Positions 11,077-23,100 of a stretch of 64,000 nt of DNA are shown one piece after another. Under the pieces are notes generated by a model. It was not told where the DNA came from. It was given only the letters and a program-made list of their open reading frames with translations, and ran no database searches. A program made the position numbers and the translations under genes. Within the stretch, counting starts at the first letter, position 1; each line of letters starts with the position of its first letter. The DNA comes from Eledone cirrhosa (taxonomy: Eukaryota): NCBI GenBank assembly GCA_964016885.1, contig OZ024742.1, positions 232,252,001-232,316,000 on the forward strand, written 5' to 3'.

Positions 11077-13610
11077 CAAAGGTTCTCAACGGAGGGGGGG
11101 GGGGGGGCGTTTCAGAACTCCAGGAGGGCGTTTGGGAGCAAGGGGACGTTAGGAGGGCGTTTGGAGCTTTGGGGGTGCTAGGGAGGTGCAGGAAGGCTCT
11201 TTACTTTGGTAAGCTTTATAAGCCATATTTGTATGTCTTTGAGACAGCCAGTGTGAATGCATTTGAATGAGCATGCAGACAGCATAACTATGGTCTGACT
11301 GCAGCTGTGAGCAGGTGTGTCTAGAATTAACCGGTAATTGAGATCCTAAAAATGGAAAAAACCCATGGTCAACTGGGTCAAGGACACTTTGAGCACAGCC
11401 AGTTAGAATCTTGTCTTTCCTTCACCGATAACAATGTATTTTATGTCTGAAATTATTGACTCAACCATAATGAGTTAACACTATGTAGATCTATTTTATT
11501 CCCTATTGTATAAATAATATTACAAATAAAAAAAGAAAAGAAAAAACACAGAAGCGAGTAGCACACACATCTAGGACCACATACAACACATAATCAGATA
11601 ATACACACATCTAGGACCACATACAATGCATAAGCAGGTAATACACACATCTAGGACCACATGCAACACATAAGGAGGTAGCACACATATTTAGGACCAC
11701 ATACAACACACAGGCAGGTAATACATACATCTAGGACCACATACAACACATAAGCAGGTAATACATACATCTAGGACCACATACAACACATAATCAGGTA
11801 ATACAAACATCTAGGACCACATACAACACATAATCAGGTAATACATACATCTAGGACCACATACAACACATAAGAAGGTAATACACACATCTAGGACCAC
11901 ATACAACACACAAGCTGGTAATACATACAGCTGGGATCACATACAACACACATTGTATCATGTGCTACAGACGATGCAAGAGCAATGGTCGGCCAACATA
12001 AGGGTTTCGTCACTCTTCTGAAGAGAGAAAATCTATCTGTATTTGCTGCTCATTGTGTCATTCATCGACAACACTTGGCTGCGAAGAAACTCAGTGAGCC
12101 ACTGACCAAATCCTTGCAGGTGGCCATTAATATCATCAATTTTATCAAACGGCATTCCCTCAATGAACAAATTTTCCAGCAACTGTGCCAAGATAATGAC
12201 GAAGAATTCGTCAAGTTGCTCCTTCATACTGAAGTGAGGTGGCTTTCAAAGGGCAAATGCCTTACTCACTTCTTTGAACTGTTCGACTCTATCATTGAGT
12301 TTCTGCGAGGACGCAACACAGAACTGTACAAGAACACCCTCGATGTGAGACACGACTGAGCCTACCTCACCGAAATCTTCGACAAATGCAATAGTGTCAT
12401 TATGGCTTTGCAGGGGAAGATCACCTTGCTTAAAGCAAGGAATGCTGTGAAAACATTCCTGGCCAAATTCAATGTCATCGAAAGGAATCTTTGTAGATGG
12501 GAATTCTATAATTTTCCTAGTGTCGCCAATGTTCAAAACATTGTAAGCGATGACCAACTCCAAATTTATACCACTCACCTCCGTGTGCTACAAGACAACA
12601 TGAGAGAACGGTTTGTCAACCTTTTGCCGATGGACATCCCAATGTGGATAGCAGATCCCTTCATAGCTAGCATCGATGAAGAATTCATTGAACTTCAAGC
12701 AGATGACACAATCAAAATTAGATTTCCCAAAATAGGTGAACCCCTTTTTTGGATGCAAGAGGAAATTCAGCGTCGATTTCCACTCCTACATGCAGAGGCT
12801 AAGAGATTTGCTCTGCCTATTCTTAGCTCATACTTAGTTGAGAGGAGGTTTGGTGCTGTTTCCAGATTGCACAGTAAGGCTCACAACCGCTACAATGTAA
12901 TTACACGTGGAGATCTCTGGCTTCATGTCAAAGAGTTAGCTAAACTCCATGAAGCTCAAGGGTCCCATTGAAATGAGGTGAAAGTTAAAGTAAGTTGATT
13001 TATCCGAAAACTTGGATAATGCTATTTTTTATTTGTAGCTGCAGTCTGACTGGACAGGAAACCATCTACTACAATTCACTTACTCATTTGTTGTATATAT
13101 TTTACCATTTACTAATAAATATACCCTCTTATATGGTCATGAAAACCCTCTTCCGTGGTCTCTAAGCTTACAAAGCAGAGGGGACATCAAGTTAGATATC
13201 AACATTTATTCTGTCCATTTCATTAAAGGGAAAATTGGAAAGCTTTGAAATGATATAATTGCCACTTCTTTCCAGATAAAAGCACACTTGGGATAGACAG
13301 AGTTGCACTTGTATAAATGTTCAAAATAGATGGTATCGCCTGGTGGGAATATAACAAATTCAACAGGTCCTTATTCATAAAAAAGAACGTTTATGTTCCA
13401 TTTTTTGAAATTTATATATTTCCTTTCAAGGAATGTATTTATTATAGTCTCAGCTGCCTGAATATTTGGAATATTGTTAATCAATTTTTTAGTAATCTAC
13501 TGATATCAAAATCAGTAGTATATTGAAAAATGGAAAAATAGGGTAGGGGGCGTTTCGTGATTTCCTGGGACAAAAGGGGGCATTTGGCCCAAATGGGCTG
13601 AGAACCTGTG
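11077..13610 (+). mobile_element. hAT Charlie/Buster-type DNA transposon, defective
   Basis: TIRs CAAAGGTTCTCAAC / GCTGAGAACCTGTG; 8-bp TSD atttaaac/gtttaaac with central TA; transposase remnant 11955-12971 (HCVIHRQHL, LLLHTEVRWLSKG, SSYLVER, QGSH*). Confidence 0.92.
11552..11951. repeat. 40-bp tandem repeat, about 10 copies
   Basis: Unit AAGCAGGTAATACACACATCTAGGACCACATACAACACAT. Confidence 0.93.
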
Positions 13611-13659
13611 GTTTAAACAATGCTTCAAGTAAGCTAAAACACACACACACACACATATA

Positions 13660-13815
13660 TATATATGTAATTTCCATCCACCAAATTCACTCACAAAGCT
13701 TTGCTCAACCCAGGTTCTAGCAGAAGACACTTGCTCAATGGACCACAGTGAAACTGAACCCAAAATTGCATGGTCCTAAAGCAAACTTCTTAGCCACACA
13801 ACCATGCCTGCACCA
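13660..13815 (-). mobile_element. tRNA-derived SINE, decayed
   Basis: Minus strand GGCATGGTTGTGTGGCTAAGAAG...GGGTTCAGTTTCACTG...TTGAGCAAGTGTCTTCT; related copy at 34880-35025. Confidence 0.7.
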
Positions 13816-14658
13816 TATTTCTAAGATTTAAATAACATACATAATCAACAGCTTCAGCTGGAAAAATTTTCCTTAGGTATTTATACAAGGAAATTCAGCA
13901 TTGCAAAAAGGAGGAAAATGTAAGAGAAAATGTAGCTCATGTGATACGATACCTGGTTCTATGATACAAAGCTGTTTGTTTTAAAGTGATCATATTTAAA
14001 TCTATACCTTCTATCATGATTTTATGTAAGAAAATTTTAAGTTATATTTCAAATACCAATTTAAAAATGAAAAGTTTAATTATTTTAGTAAAGCATTTCA
14101 AATATTTTGCTTATTTTCAAAATTATTTGAAAATCATAGACTGTGATTTTCATTTGAAAATATGATTACAAAAATATTAAGATAAAAAAACATAAATATT
14201 CAAAGAGTGCCCCATTATAGTCATAATCCAATGAACTAAAACCAGTAACACAATAAAAAAATAAAAGGAAATAAAAATATTCAAGCTGTGACAATATATT
14301 TTGCACATATTACAGGATTTCTTGGAGATTTATCACAGAGAGACACATTATGTTTTGATAATATCATTATAAGCTATATTTCAAGTATGTGGTTGATTTA
14401 GCAGAGTTGTCAGAACATTTAGCTCTCTGAGTTCAAATCCAGTCAAGGTCCATTTTACCTTTCATCCTTTCAGGGTTGATAAAGAAAGTACCAACCAAGT
14501 TCTGGTGCAGCTCTATCTCTCCTTCCAGCTGTCACTTCCTGAATGTTCCACTGGATCAAGGGAGTAAGGTTCAAATAGCTGTCTGTGTCTGCTTGCAACT
14601 GTACAGGCACCTAAAACCCTTAGCATAAGCATGGTATATGCTACCAAGTCACACTTAA

Positions 14659-14878
14659 CCCTTTAGCATTTAAACTGGCCGTATCTTGCCAGAATTCTCT
14701 CACCTCTTTCTATTCAAACTGGCCATAATTGGCCGCTCATACTGATGTTAAGGTATTGTTCTCAAAATAAATAACATCAAATCTCATAGATTCAATATTA
14801 TGTGAGATAATTATGTGAGATAAAGTCTTTACCACAAAAATACAATACTATATGTAGAGTAAAGTAAATGCTAAAGGG
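14659..14878. mobile_element. piggyBac-like MITE family A
   Basis: TTAA flanks, CCCTTTAGCATTTA TIRs; reverse orientation to 5792-6012. Further copies at 20672-21086, 28175-28391, 37967-38143. Confidence 0.88.
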
Positions 14879-15092
14879 TTAATTGTGAGTAATAACTGTA
14901 GTAGTAGCTTTTATATTTCAACCAAGTTCTTCTTTCACATAACTTAGAAATAACGAACAAATTAGAAGTTATGTAATAGTTAAGAAAAAAATAACAAAAA
15001 AACAACAGAAAATGCTACAACATATTTCAATGTCCGTAATTAATAACAGAAAACAAATATGTTTAAAAAGAAAATAAACATTAAAAACAGAC

Positions 15093-15165
15093 CTTTCATT
15101 TCAAATTCTCTACATCGCAGTAATGCATATTTAGGTGATATTTCATCTCGGTATTTTGGACCAAT
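15093..15165 (-). CDS. PARS2: PARS2 coding exon 5 (class II motif 2)
   Basis: ttgtag acceptor; IGPKYRDEISPKYALLRCREFEMK; GTCTGT donor phase 1; 73 nt. Confidence 0.95.
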
Positions 15166-15619
15166 CTACAACAATACCAAAATAAATATTTAATTACATT
15201 GATTTCTAACATTGGCACCAGGCCATAAATGTTTGTTTGGATAGAATACAGTTGATTGAATCGATGTAAGTACTAGATTGTTGTTTTTTTATTTCTATGC
15301 AGCTTTAAGCAGAATGGTTTGCTATACATCATTATGCTAGTCATCATCATCTTCATCATCTTTGCTATCATCATCATCACCATCATATTCGTGTCGACTT
15401 TTTCATGCTCAGATGGGTTGGATGGGATTTTTTGAGGCAGATTTTCAGTTGGATGTCCTTCCTGATACCAACTCTTTTAGTTACTTCTTATAATGTGCAT
15501 AGATACAGTGTACCTATTACTAAATTGGAGTGTATAAGTACTTTATGAATACTAGCAGAAGAACCGCCCTTCGGGCGGTTTTCTGCTAGCATATATAGTG
15601 TGTATATTGATATACGCAA

Positions 15620-15920
15620 ATATAGTGGTTAGGGCATTAGCCTTGCAATCGAAAGGTTGTGAGTTCAATTCTCAGACCAGGTGATGTATTGTTTCCTTGA
15701 TCAAGGCACTTTATTTCACATTGCTCCAGTTTACTCAGCTACCAAAATGAGATGATAGGGACTGGGGTCCCTATCATTCCACTGCAAAAAAGCACCCAGC
15801 ACTCACTGTAAATGAGGTTGGTGTTAGGAAGGGCATCCAGCTGTAGGAATCAAGCCAGAATCAGTTCCCGTCCCACCCTTGCAAGCAGGAAAAAGCGGAC
15901 GTAAAATGATGATGATGATG
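15620..15920 (+). mobile_element. tRNA-derived SINE with CORE-like segment and RTE tail (family S2)
   Basis: TAGTGGTTAG A-box, GAGTTCAATTC B-box, CCTTGATCAAGGCACTTTA, tail GCAAGCAGGAAAAAGCGGACGTAAAATGATG. Confidence 0.85.
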
Positions 15921-16828
15921 AAATATATATGCACATAGATATAATACGTAAATTGACAATATGCACATAAACTGAACAAAGACTGTTACACTTACTTCTG
16001 TAATCAGTAAAGTAATCCATGATACATTTTAAAAAAAGGCGATAATGGAGATGGAAAAGCGATGAAACTGTTGACGGAAAATGTTCATGAATCTTCACTT
16101 GAGAATGTCAATGGGAAGCTTCAAGCAGTGAATTTGAAAATAGATGCTGCTGGTATGAATGAATGAATTACATTTACCAATATGAAGAGTTGACCTTCGC
16201 TATATTGTTGTTTTACTGTATTCACATATAGACTTCTTAAGTTTTTGTAGTATCCCTTTTCTAGCAGTTAAAAAGAAACTGAAATGCATTTCAACTAAAA
16301 GAGAGTGATAGCTGTTTCACATCACTGTAGAATTTCTTTATAGACACAGTTGTCAGCAAACAGACCCTTTTCATTTAATATTTTTATATTTTCTTTTTTT
16401 GTAACTCGTGATAATGCAACATACATCTGACCATGTGAGAAGAATTGTGTTGGTAGATATACACCTATCTTTTCAAATGTCCGCCCTTGTGCCTTGTTGC
16501 ATGTAAGGGCAAAGGCTGGTTTGATAGGAAATTGTTTGCGAGTAAAGGTGAAAGGGAACTCAAGCTCTTGAGATACATATGGTATCCTTGGGATTAGCAA
16601 CCTTGTTCCAGCATTGGGACCCAATGCCACTTCAGCTTCAATTACATGATTATGTAAACTGATGATGATGTAGCATGTACCATTGCAATGCTCGTTTAGA
16701 GGATCCAGATTTCTCAGAAGCATGATGCAACTGCCTTTCTTCAGTTTAAGTATGTGTGTTGGGAAACCTGATGAGGTAAGTTTGTTGATGAACTCAATTG
16801 GATATTGCAGTTCATTATCTACTGTATC

Positions 16829-16950
16829 TTTACGATCTGAGTTCAAATCCCGCCGAGGTTGACTTTGCCTTTCATCCTTACGGGGGTCGATAAAATAAAG
16901 TACCAGTAATGCACTGGGTAATTGCTGGCCTTGTGCCTAAAGTAGAAATA
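16829..16950 (+). mobile_element. 5'-truncated S1 SINE inserted in the Helitron helicase
   Basis: 15-bp TSD attatctactgtatc (16814-16828) / attatcttctgtatc (16951-16965). Confidence 0.9.
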
Positions 16951-19900
16951 ATTATCTTCTGTATCAGAGCTTCTGTAGATTATTTCATGACCAGGGAACT
17001 TGTTGACCATGAACTCATTCACCAATCTTGCTGCATCATTTGTTGGAGTGATAATGGCTCTATTTGCAAGCCATAGTGAGTTTGTGTAGTTTCCAGGAAG
17101 ATTTGTATACACAAAATCACACAGTCCAGACACATTACCATATTCCAGACAAAGTTCATTTGGCAGAAGAATTGTGAATGCATCTACAGTTGCAGCAGTT
17201 GGAATGTTACCATTTCCCACATCAAGAAGGTAGTCTGCAAACTGTCTTTCATCAGAATCCTCTGCATTAATTGGTTGATTGAATAAACAGTTGATTGGTT
17301 GTCATCTCCATGGTTTCCACATAGTCCCAGAGATAGGATCTCTTGATAGTTGCCTCAACTATTTGTGGTCTAGCAGCATGACATACAACTGGAAGAATTT
17401 GCTTCCAGTCACCAGATAGTAATACTGTTAGACCACCAAATGGCTTTTTGCAATCTCGAACATCTTTGAAGCTCCTGTCAAAGCATTCAAAGATATGTTT
17501 ATGTCCCATACCTATCTCATCAATGATTAGCAGGTCAGCTTGCTGCATAAGTTTACCTGTGTCATCCCTCTTTCTGAAGAAGCAAGTTGTTTCAGCAGTC
17601 ACATTGAGAGGAATCTTGCACTTGGAATGAAGAGTTCTACCTTTGTGAAGCAAAGTGGCTGCTATTCCAGATATGGCAGTGGCAAGTGCAATTTTTTTCT
17701 TTTTTAGATTGGAGGTAATCCAATAGGATGTTTATGACATAGGTCTTTCCTGTACCTGCACTTGCATTCAAGCAGAAAATTCTGCCTTCATTTTCATTTA
17801 AAGAGGTGATTACTTTGTGAAAAATAACCAGTTGCTCAGGATTCAATGTTGGCAGAAGTTCATTTATGCTTGCTTGCAGTTGGTGTGTATTGAAATCAGT
17901 TTCTGCCATAAGAACCCTGTTGATTTCTGGTATGGCAACAATAGTTGGATCTGGCCAAGGAAGTCCATAGTTAGCATGAATGTCCAAGCCATCATGTTGA
18001 AGTCTTTGTTGGATCTTCTGTAGATCACTGAAGGGTGGTTTTTCTGCTAGTTATATTAAATGAGTTTTAAAAAAAAAGAGTTAATAAATAAATAAAGAGT
18101 AATAAATAAATAAAATGTTATACTTGTTTTACCCTCCCATTTCCATTAAACCGAATGCTATAATGACTGTATGTGTGTGTTTGTGTAAATGTATATGTGT
18201 GAATGTGTGAAAGTATGTGTGAATGTATGTGTATTTGTGTGAATTATGTCCGTGAGTGTGTATTTTTATAAGTTTTGTTTGCGCCATTATATAACTATAT
18301 ACTCATAATAGTTATATACTCATACATATAGATGTATGCATGTGTACACTCATACGCATCAGTGTGTAGAAAATCAGAATCTCTCTATCTCTCTCTTTCT
18401 ATATATATGGTAGTTGAAGTGGTGGTGGTGGCGACGATATACCGGAAGTGCAACTTTGAAAAAAAGTCAATTTTAGATTATTTATTTTTACGAAATTATT
18501 TGTTTACGAAATTTAGTACATAAATTATGTAATATTCATTCATTGGATTGGCAGTATCGGACGCCATGCTTTACAGCATAGTTACGTCCCTTTACGATCT
18601 GAGTTCAAATCCCGCCGAGGTTGACTTTGCCTTTCATCCTTACGGGGGTCGATAAAATAAAGTACCAGTAATGCACTGGGTTATTGCTGGCCTTGTGCCT
18701 AAAGTAGAAACAATTATTTATTCAAAGTAATCCAACTTATTTTACTAACTGGATTAAAAGAAATAAACCTTACGCAGTCCCGCAGCCCTTGCTTTATTAT
18801 AGTTTAGATTACATGTATGTATATATCATCATCATCATCATTATTTTACTGGCATTGGCTGAGAGGGTTGTCATAGTTTGAGACTGGATGGACTGGGAAT
18901 CTTGTCTGGCTTCTGTGTTACATTTTGGCATGGTTATTATGGCTGGATGCTTTTCCTAATACCAACCACTTTATAGAATGAACTGGGAAACTTTTACTGT
19001 GACACCAGCACACAGATTATATCCTCAAAAGGATTAAATGGGTCCTCTTAATCTTAATCCTACAATGGTCTCAGTTTGATTGCTGATCCTTTACAGAGTG
19101 TACTGGGTGCATTACATTTTAGCACCAGCACTAGTGAGTTTTCTTTGGGACTCGCAATACTAAAGTAGTACTCACTATCCCACATTGTCTCCAATCAAGT
19201 CAATGTTACCCAAATGGTGGATAAAAAAACAGCAATGACAAACGAACAGAGAATGATTGAAAGTGATATTGATAGATGTCAATGAGAAGTGGTTTTCGGG
19301 AGAGGGAGTGATGGCTGGCAGCAGAGAGAACTTGGTAATGGTGGTAGTGGGATGTATGGACATAAGTGAATCTGATGTTCCTATATAGTTGGAGAGGGTG
19401 TAAACCAGTAAGTAGAAGAGTGGGTGGGGCCAAGTCCTCAGTGAAGATTGTTAGATGTATGTGAGTGTACAGGTTATATATATATTTTTTTCTTCTTTTC
19501 AAATGAGAGGAGTATCATTTACTGTTTTTATATGTCTCATTATGTATATCTATATCTGTCTATTATGTGTCCTATTAGTTTCTATATACAAACTTCTTTA
19601 TTTATAGTTACATGACAAAAAGCACCCAGTCCACCCTGTAAGGTGATTGTGCTGGCACGATGAAAAAGTACCCAGCCCAAACTGTCAGTTGGTCGTTTTG
19701 GTGCAACGATAAAAAGCAACCAGTTCACGCTGTAAATGTAGTTGGCATTAGGAAGGGCATCCAGCCATAGAAGCTAGCTGGAAACAGTTCTGTATGAGCA
19801 AGATATGGTCCCTGATCTGACTTGTCTCACAATGGGAGAACTTATCTAACCCATGCTAGCATGGAAAATGGATGTTAAATGATGATGATGATGATAATAA

Positions 19901-20247
19901 TATACCCATGCACACTCTCAAGCACACACAAATACATGGAGTGTACCAGGAACATATTGTGATTCCTGCACTACTGGCTCACAATGTGAACAGTGTGTGT
20001 GTAAAGATAATAACAAAAATAACAAAATAAACGGTACTGTACATGGAAGAAATATATTAGTTTAACGCTTGACATATCAAGAAAAGAGTCTCAATGTTTC
20101 AGATACTAGTCTTTCATCAGAAGATAGAGTTAGAAATAGAAGATAAATAGGAAGTAAAGAGTGATGAGAAGAAGGAACAAGGAAAATGAGAAAAAAATTC
20201 GGGAGAGAAAAAACACACAAGCATATTCAGTCGGCCATCTTGGAGAT

Positions 20248-20283
<36 letters not shown>

Positions 20284-20290
20284 TACTGAC

Positions 20291-20371
20291 CTGGTAGAGC
20301 ATAATGGGAAGTTGTTTCTTGGCAAATGGTGCATACTGACCAAAGAGTGATGTTACAACTTCTTCATGAGT
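20291..20371 (-). CDS. PARS2: PARS2 coding exon 4 (proline-binding THEE loop)
   Basis: cttatcag acceptor; THEEVVTSLFGQYAPFAKKQLPIMLYQ; GTCAGT donor phase 0; 81 nt. Confidence 0.95.
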
Positions 20372-21247
20372 CTGATAAGGAAAAATATATGAATAAAAAT
20401 ATAAATATCATATAAAGAAGTCTATTTTATATGGCAAATTAATTCAAAACAATCTACACAGCTATAAACTTTCTAAACATTGTTGATCTTTATTTTCAGT
20501 ATATAAATAGCTAATCTTATCATGCACCCTCCACGCTTCTTTGTGCACCAATGAATCTTCAACTCTCTGTGTGCATCTTTATTTACCCAAAATGGATGAA
20601 TTTTATGTTACATATAATATTGTTATTTGTTTTTCGCCATGGGTTTGTGTTGATAAATCAAACATGATTAACCCTTTAGCATGTAATCCAGCCATATGTG
20701 GCCAGAATTCTCTCACCTCTTTCTATTCAAACTAGCCATAACCAGCCACTCATACTGATGTTAAGGTATTGTTCTCAAAATAAATAACATCAAAATCTCA
20801 TAGATTCGATATTATGTGAGATATCAATGCAGATATAATTTCAAGTGATTAAAACTTTTCAGCTTACCAGCTTAAACCTTTCAATTTAAACCAGCTGTAT
20901 CCAGCCAAAGTTCTCTCACCTCTTTCTGATCAAACTGAGTATAACTGGCTGATCATACTGATGTTAAGGTATTGTTCTCAAAACAAATAACATCTAAATC
21001 TCATAGATTCAATATTATGTGAAATAACTATGTAAGATAAAGCCTTAATACAATAGTATATATAGAGTAATGTAAATGTTAAAGGGTTAATTATGTTTGT
21101 GTGTATGAACTGTAATATTGTTAAATGAGCAGAAAAAAATGTCAGGATACAAGCTTCATAAACTTAATTACAATCAAGATAGCCAAGTCACAGAGGATTA
21201 AGATTATTTACACAGAACTAGAAAAGAAATAAACTTTTCACACTTAC

Positions 21248-21315
21248 AGGTGACAGACACATATTTTGGTTATGCCTATCAGTAAATTTAAAAATCTCCT
21301 TGATATTCCACCGGC
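21248..21315 (-). CDS. PARS2: PARS2 coding exon 3
   Basis: tgtttag acceptor; (G)RWNIKEIFKFTDRHNQNMCLSP; GTAAGT donor phase 0; 68 nt. Confidence 0.93.
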
Positions 21316-21392
21316 CTAAACATTTGATAAAATACATCACATATTATAGAAAATTATGAATTTGTATAACATTTTATTAACATATCCTTTAA

Positions 21393-22217
21393 CCCTTTTG
21401 TTACTATATTTCTAATGAAAGGCACTGCTTATGATTTTCAAATATTTCTTTTAATGATCAAGAATTTGGAGAGATTTAGTAAAATGACTAACTTTCTCCT
21501 TATTAAGTTGGTCATTGGAACATAACTTGAAGGTTCTTACATAAAATGATCATAGAAGATCTTTAAATAAATATAAACACTTTAAAATAAACAGATAAGT
21601 GGTGTAGTTTATATGAAGTATTGTGAAATATGTAATTAAGGATGTATTGGGAAAGATGGTACAATGGGAATAGGAAATGTAATGGTGGAACTAGAGTAGA
21701 GTAAAATAAGAAAGTCAAGACAAAACAATAGTTTTTTACCCTACATATTTCTTAATATTTCAAAGTTAGAATTCCTTTTTCAAATGATGAATGAAGAATA
21801 GATGATAGAAACGAGACTCTCTAATTTTTCTTCATTATATCCTTAAGATATTATGGAATTGACAGTTGATTGACAAGATCCCAGGCCTCATTAAATCGGA
21901 CCAAGGAAACAATTGGTTTCTATTGGTCTTTCCAATTGCAAATCCAGACAGAAGGAGCAACATGAAATAAAGTGTCTTGCTCAAGGACACATCGCCTGGT
22001 CTGGGAATTGAACTCACAACCACACGATTGCGAATCCAACCACTCAACCATGCGCCTATTATGGAATATAGGGTAAAAAATATTGTTTTGTTTTGTCATT
22101 CTTATTTTACTCTACTCTTATTCCTATTTGCATTGTACCAGCTTTCCCAATACATTCTTAAGCAGCTTATTATCATAAAACAAGGGCCAGTTTCAGGCCA
22201 TTTTGGTATCAAAAGGG
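21393..22217. mobile_element. piggyBac-like MITE family B with nested insertions
   Basis: TTAA CCCTTTTGTTAC ... GTATCAAAAGGG TTAA; relatives near 9460, 26482, 28493-29068, 32423, 37560. Confidence 0.8.
21640..22157. mobile_element. Long-TIR MITE with TTAA target (Kolobok-like)
   Basis: TTAA-GGATGTATTGGGAAAG ... CTTTCCCAATACATTC-TTAA; imperfect TIRs of about 100 bp; contains a minus-strand tRNA-SINE head at 21960-22057. Confidence 0.75.
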
Positions 22218-23100
22218 TTAAATATAAACAATAAAACACAATGAGTGTTATATGAAAATATTATTTTGTGTGTTAAATATAGTATTTAGTAAAATTAGCA
22301 AATGACATGAGTTTAAACTTATGTTTATGAATACAAACCTTTGCCTTTATAACTATGGAACATAAAAAGGATAGTGAGAATGATTTTAATATCTGAGTAC
22401 ATTTGTCTTATCTGACTTTGACAAAATAATTGTTTCTACTTTTGGCACAAGGCCAGCAATTATCCCAGTGTATTACTGGTACTTTATTTTATCGATCCCG
22501 TAAGGATGAAAGGCAAAGTTAACTTCGGCGGGATTTGAACTCAGACCATAAAGGGCCGTAACTCTTTGCTGCAAAGCATGGCGTCCGACCCTCTACCGAT
22601 ACTGCCAATTTTTTGACAAAATAATTATTTCTAATCTTAACTGGTACTTTATTTTATCACTCCCGGAGGGATGAACGGCAAAGTTGACTATGGCAGGATT
22701 TGAACGCTAATAAATATTTCTAATCTAGGTACAAAGCAAGCAATTTAGAGGAAGGGATAATTCGAGTTAATTGACCCTAGTGACTGGAACTTTATTTTAT
22801 CGACTCTGGAAGAATAAAAAGCAAAGTCAACTTCGAAGGGAAGTAACTAAGTGCCACAAGACATTTTGTCTGACACTAATGATTCCACCTATCATGACTT
22901 TCACAAAAAATGTTTAATGCATTGTAGAAGAGGCATTTTAAGCACTTATAAACACACAAAAACCATTATATTCACTTTCAGTTTATTTCTTTATAGAACA
23001 GCCTGTTTTGTAGTCTCCAAAATTGATTTGAGACTTCAAAACAGACTCATGTGATGGAATTCTTTCAATGAATAGATCACTGAATTGCAATGAAACTTTT

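Larger units (their letters stand above)
15552..18808 (-). mobile_element. Helitron with decayed PIF1-family helicase
   Basis: 5' TCTAAACTATAATAAAG at 18808 preceded by A; 3' hairpin CCGCCCGAAGGGCGG and CTAG ending at 15552 followed by T. Helicase remnant 16322-17990 with ASAGTGKT, LLIIDE, GDWKQILPV, MLLRNL, CNGT, KAQG, FSHGQMYVALSRV. Confidence 0.88.

Noticed and set aside
16322-17990. Host PIF1 helicase gene
   Set aside because: Intronless, frameshifted, SINE-interrupted and inside Helitron termini.
22339-22352. 14-nt AG/GT-flanked micro-exon
   Set aside because: Would shift the frame and matches nothing in ProRS.
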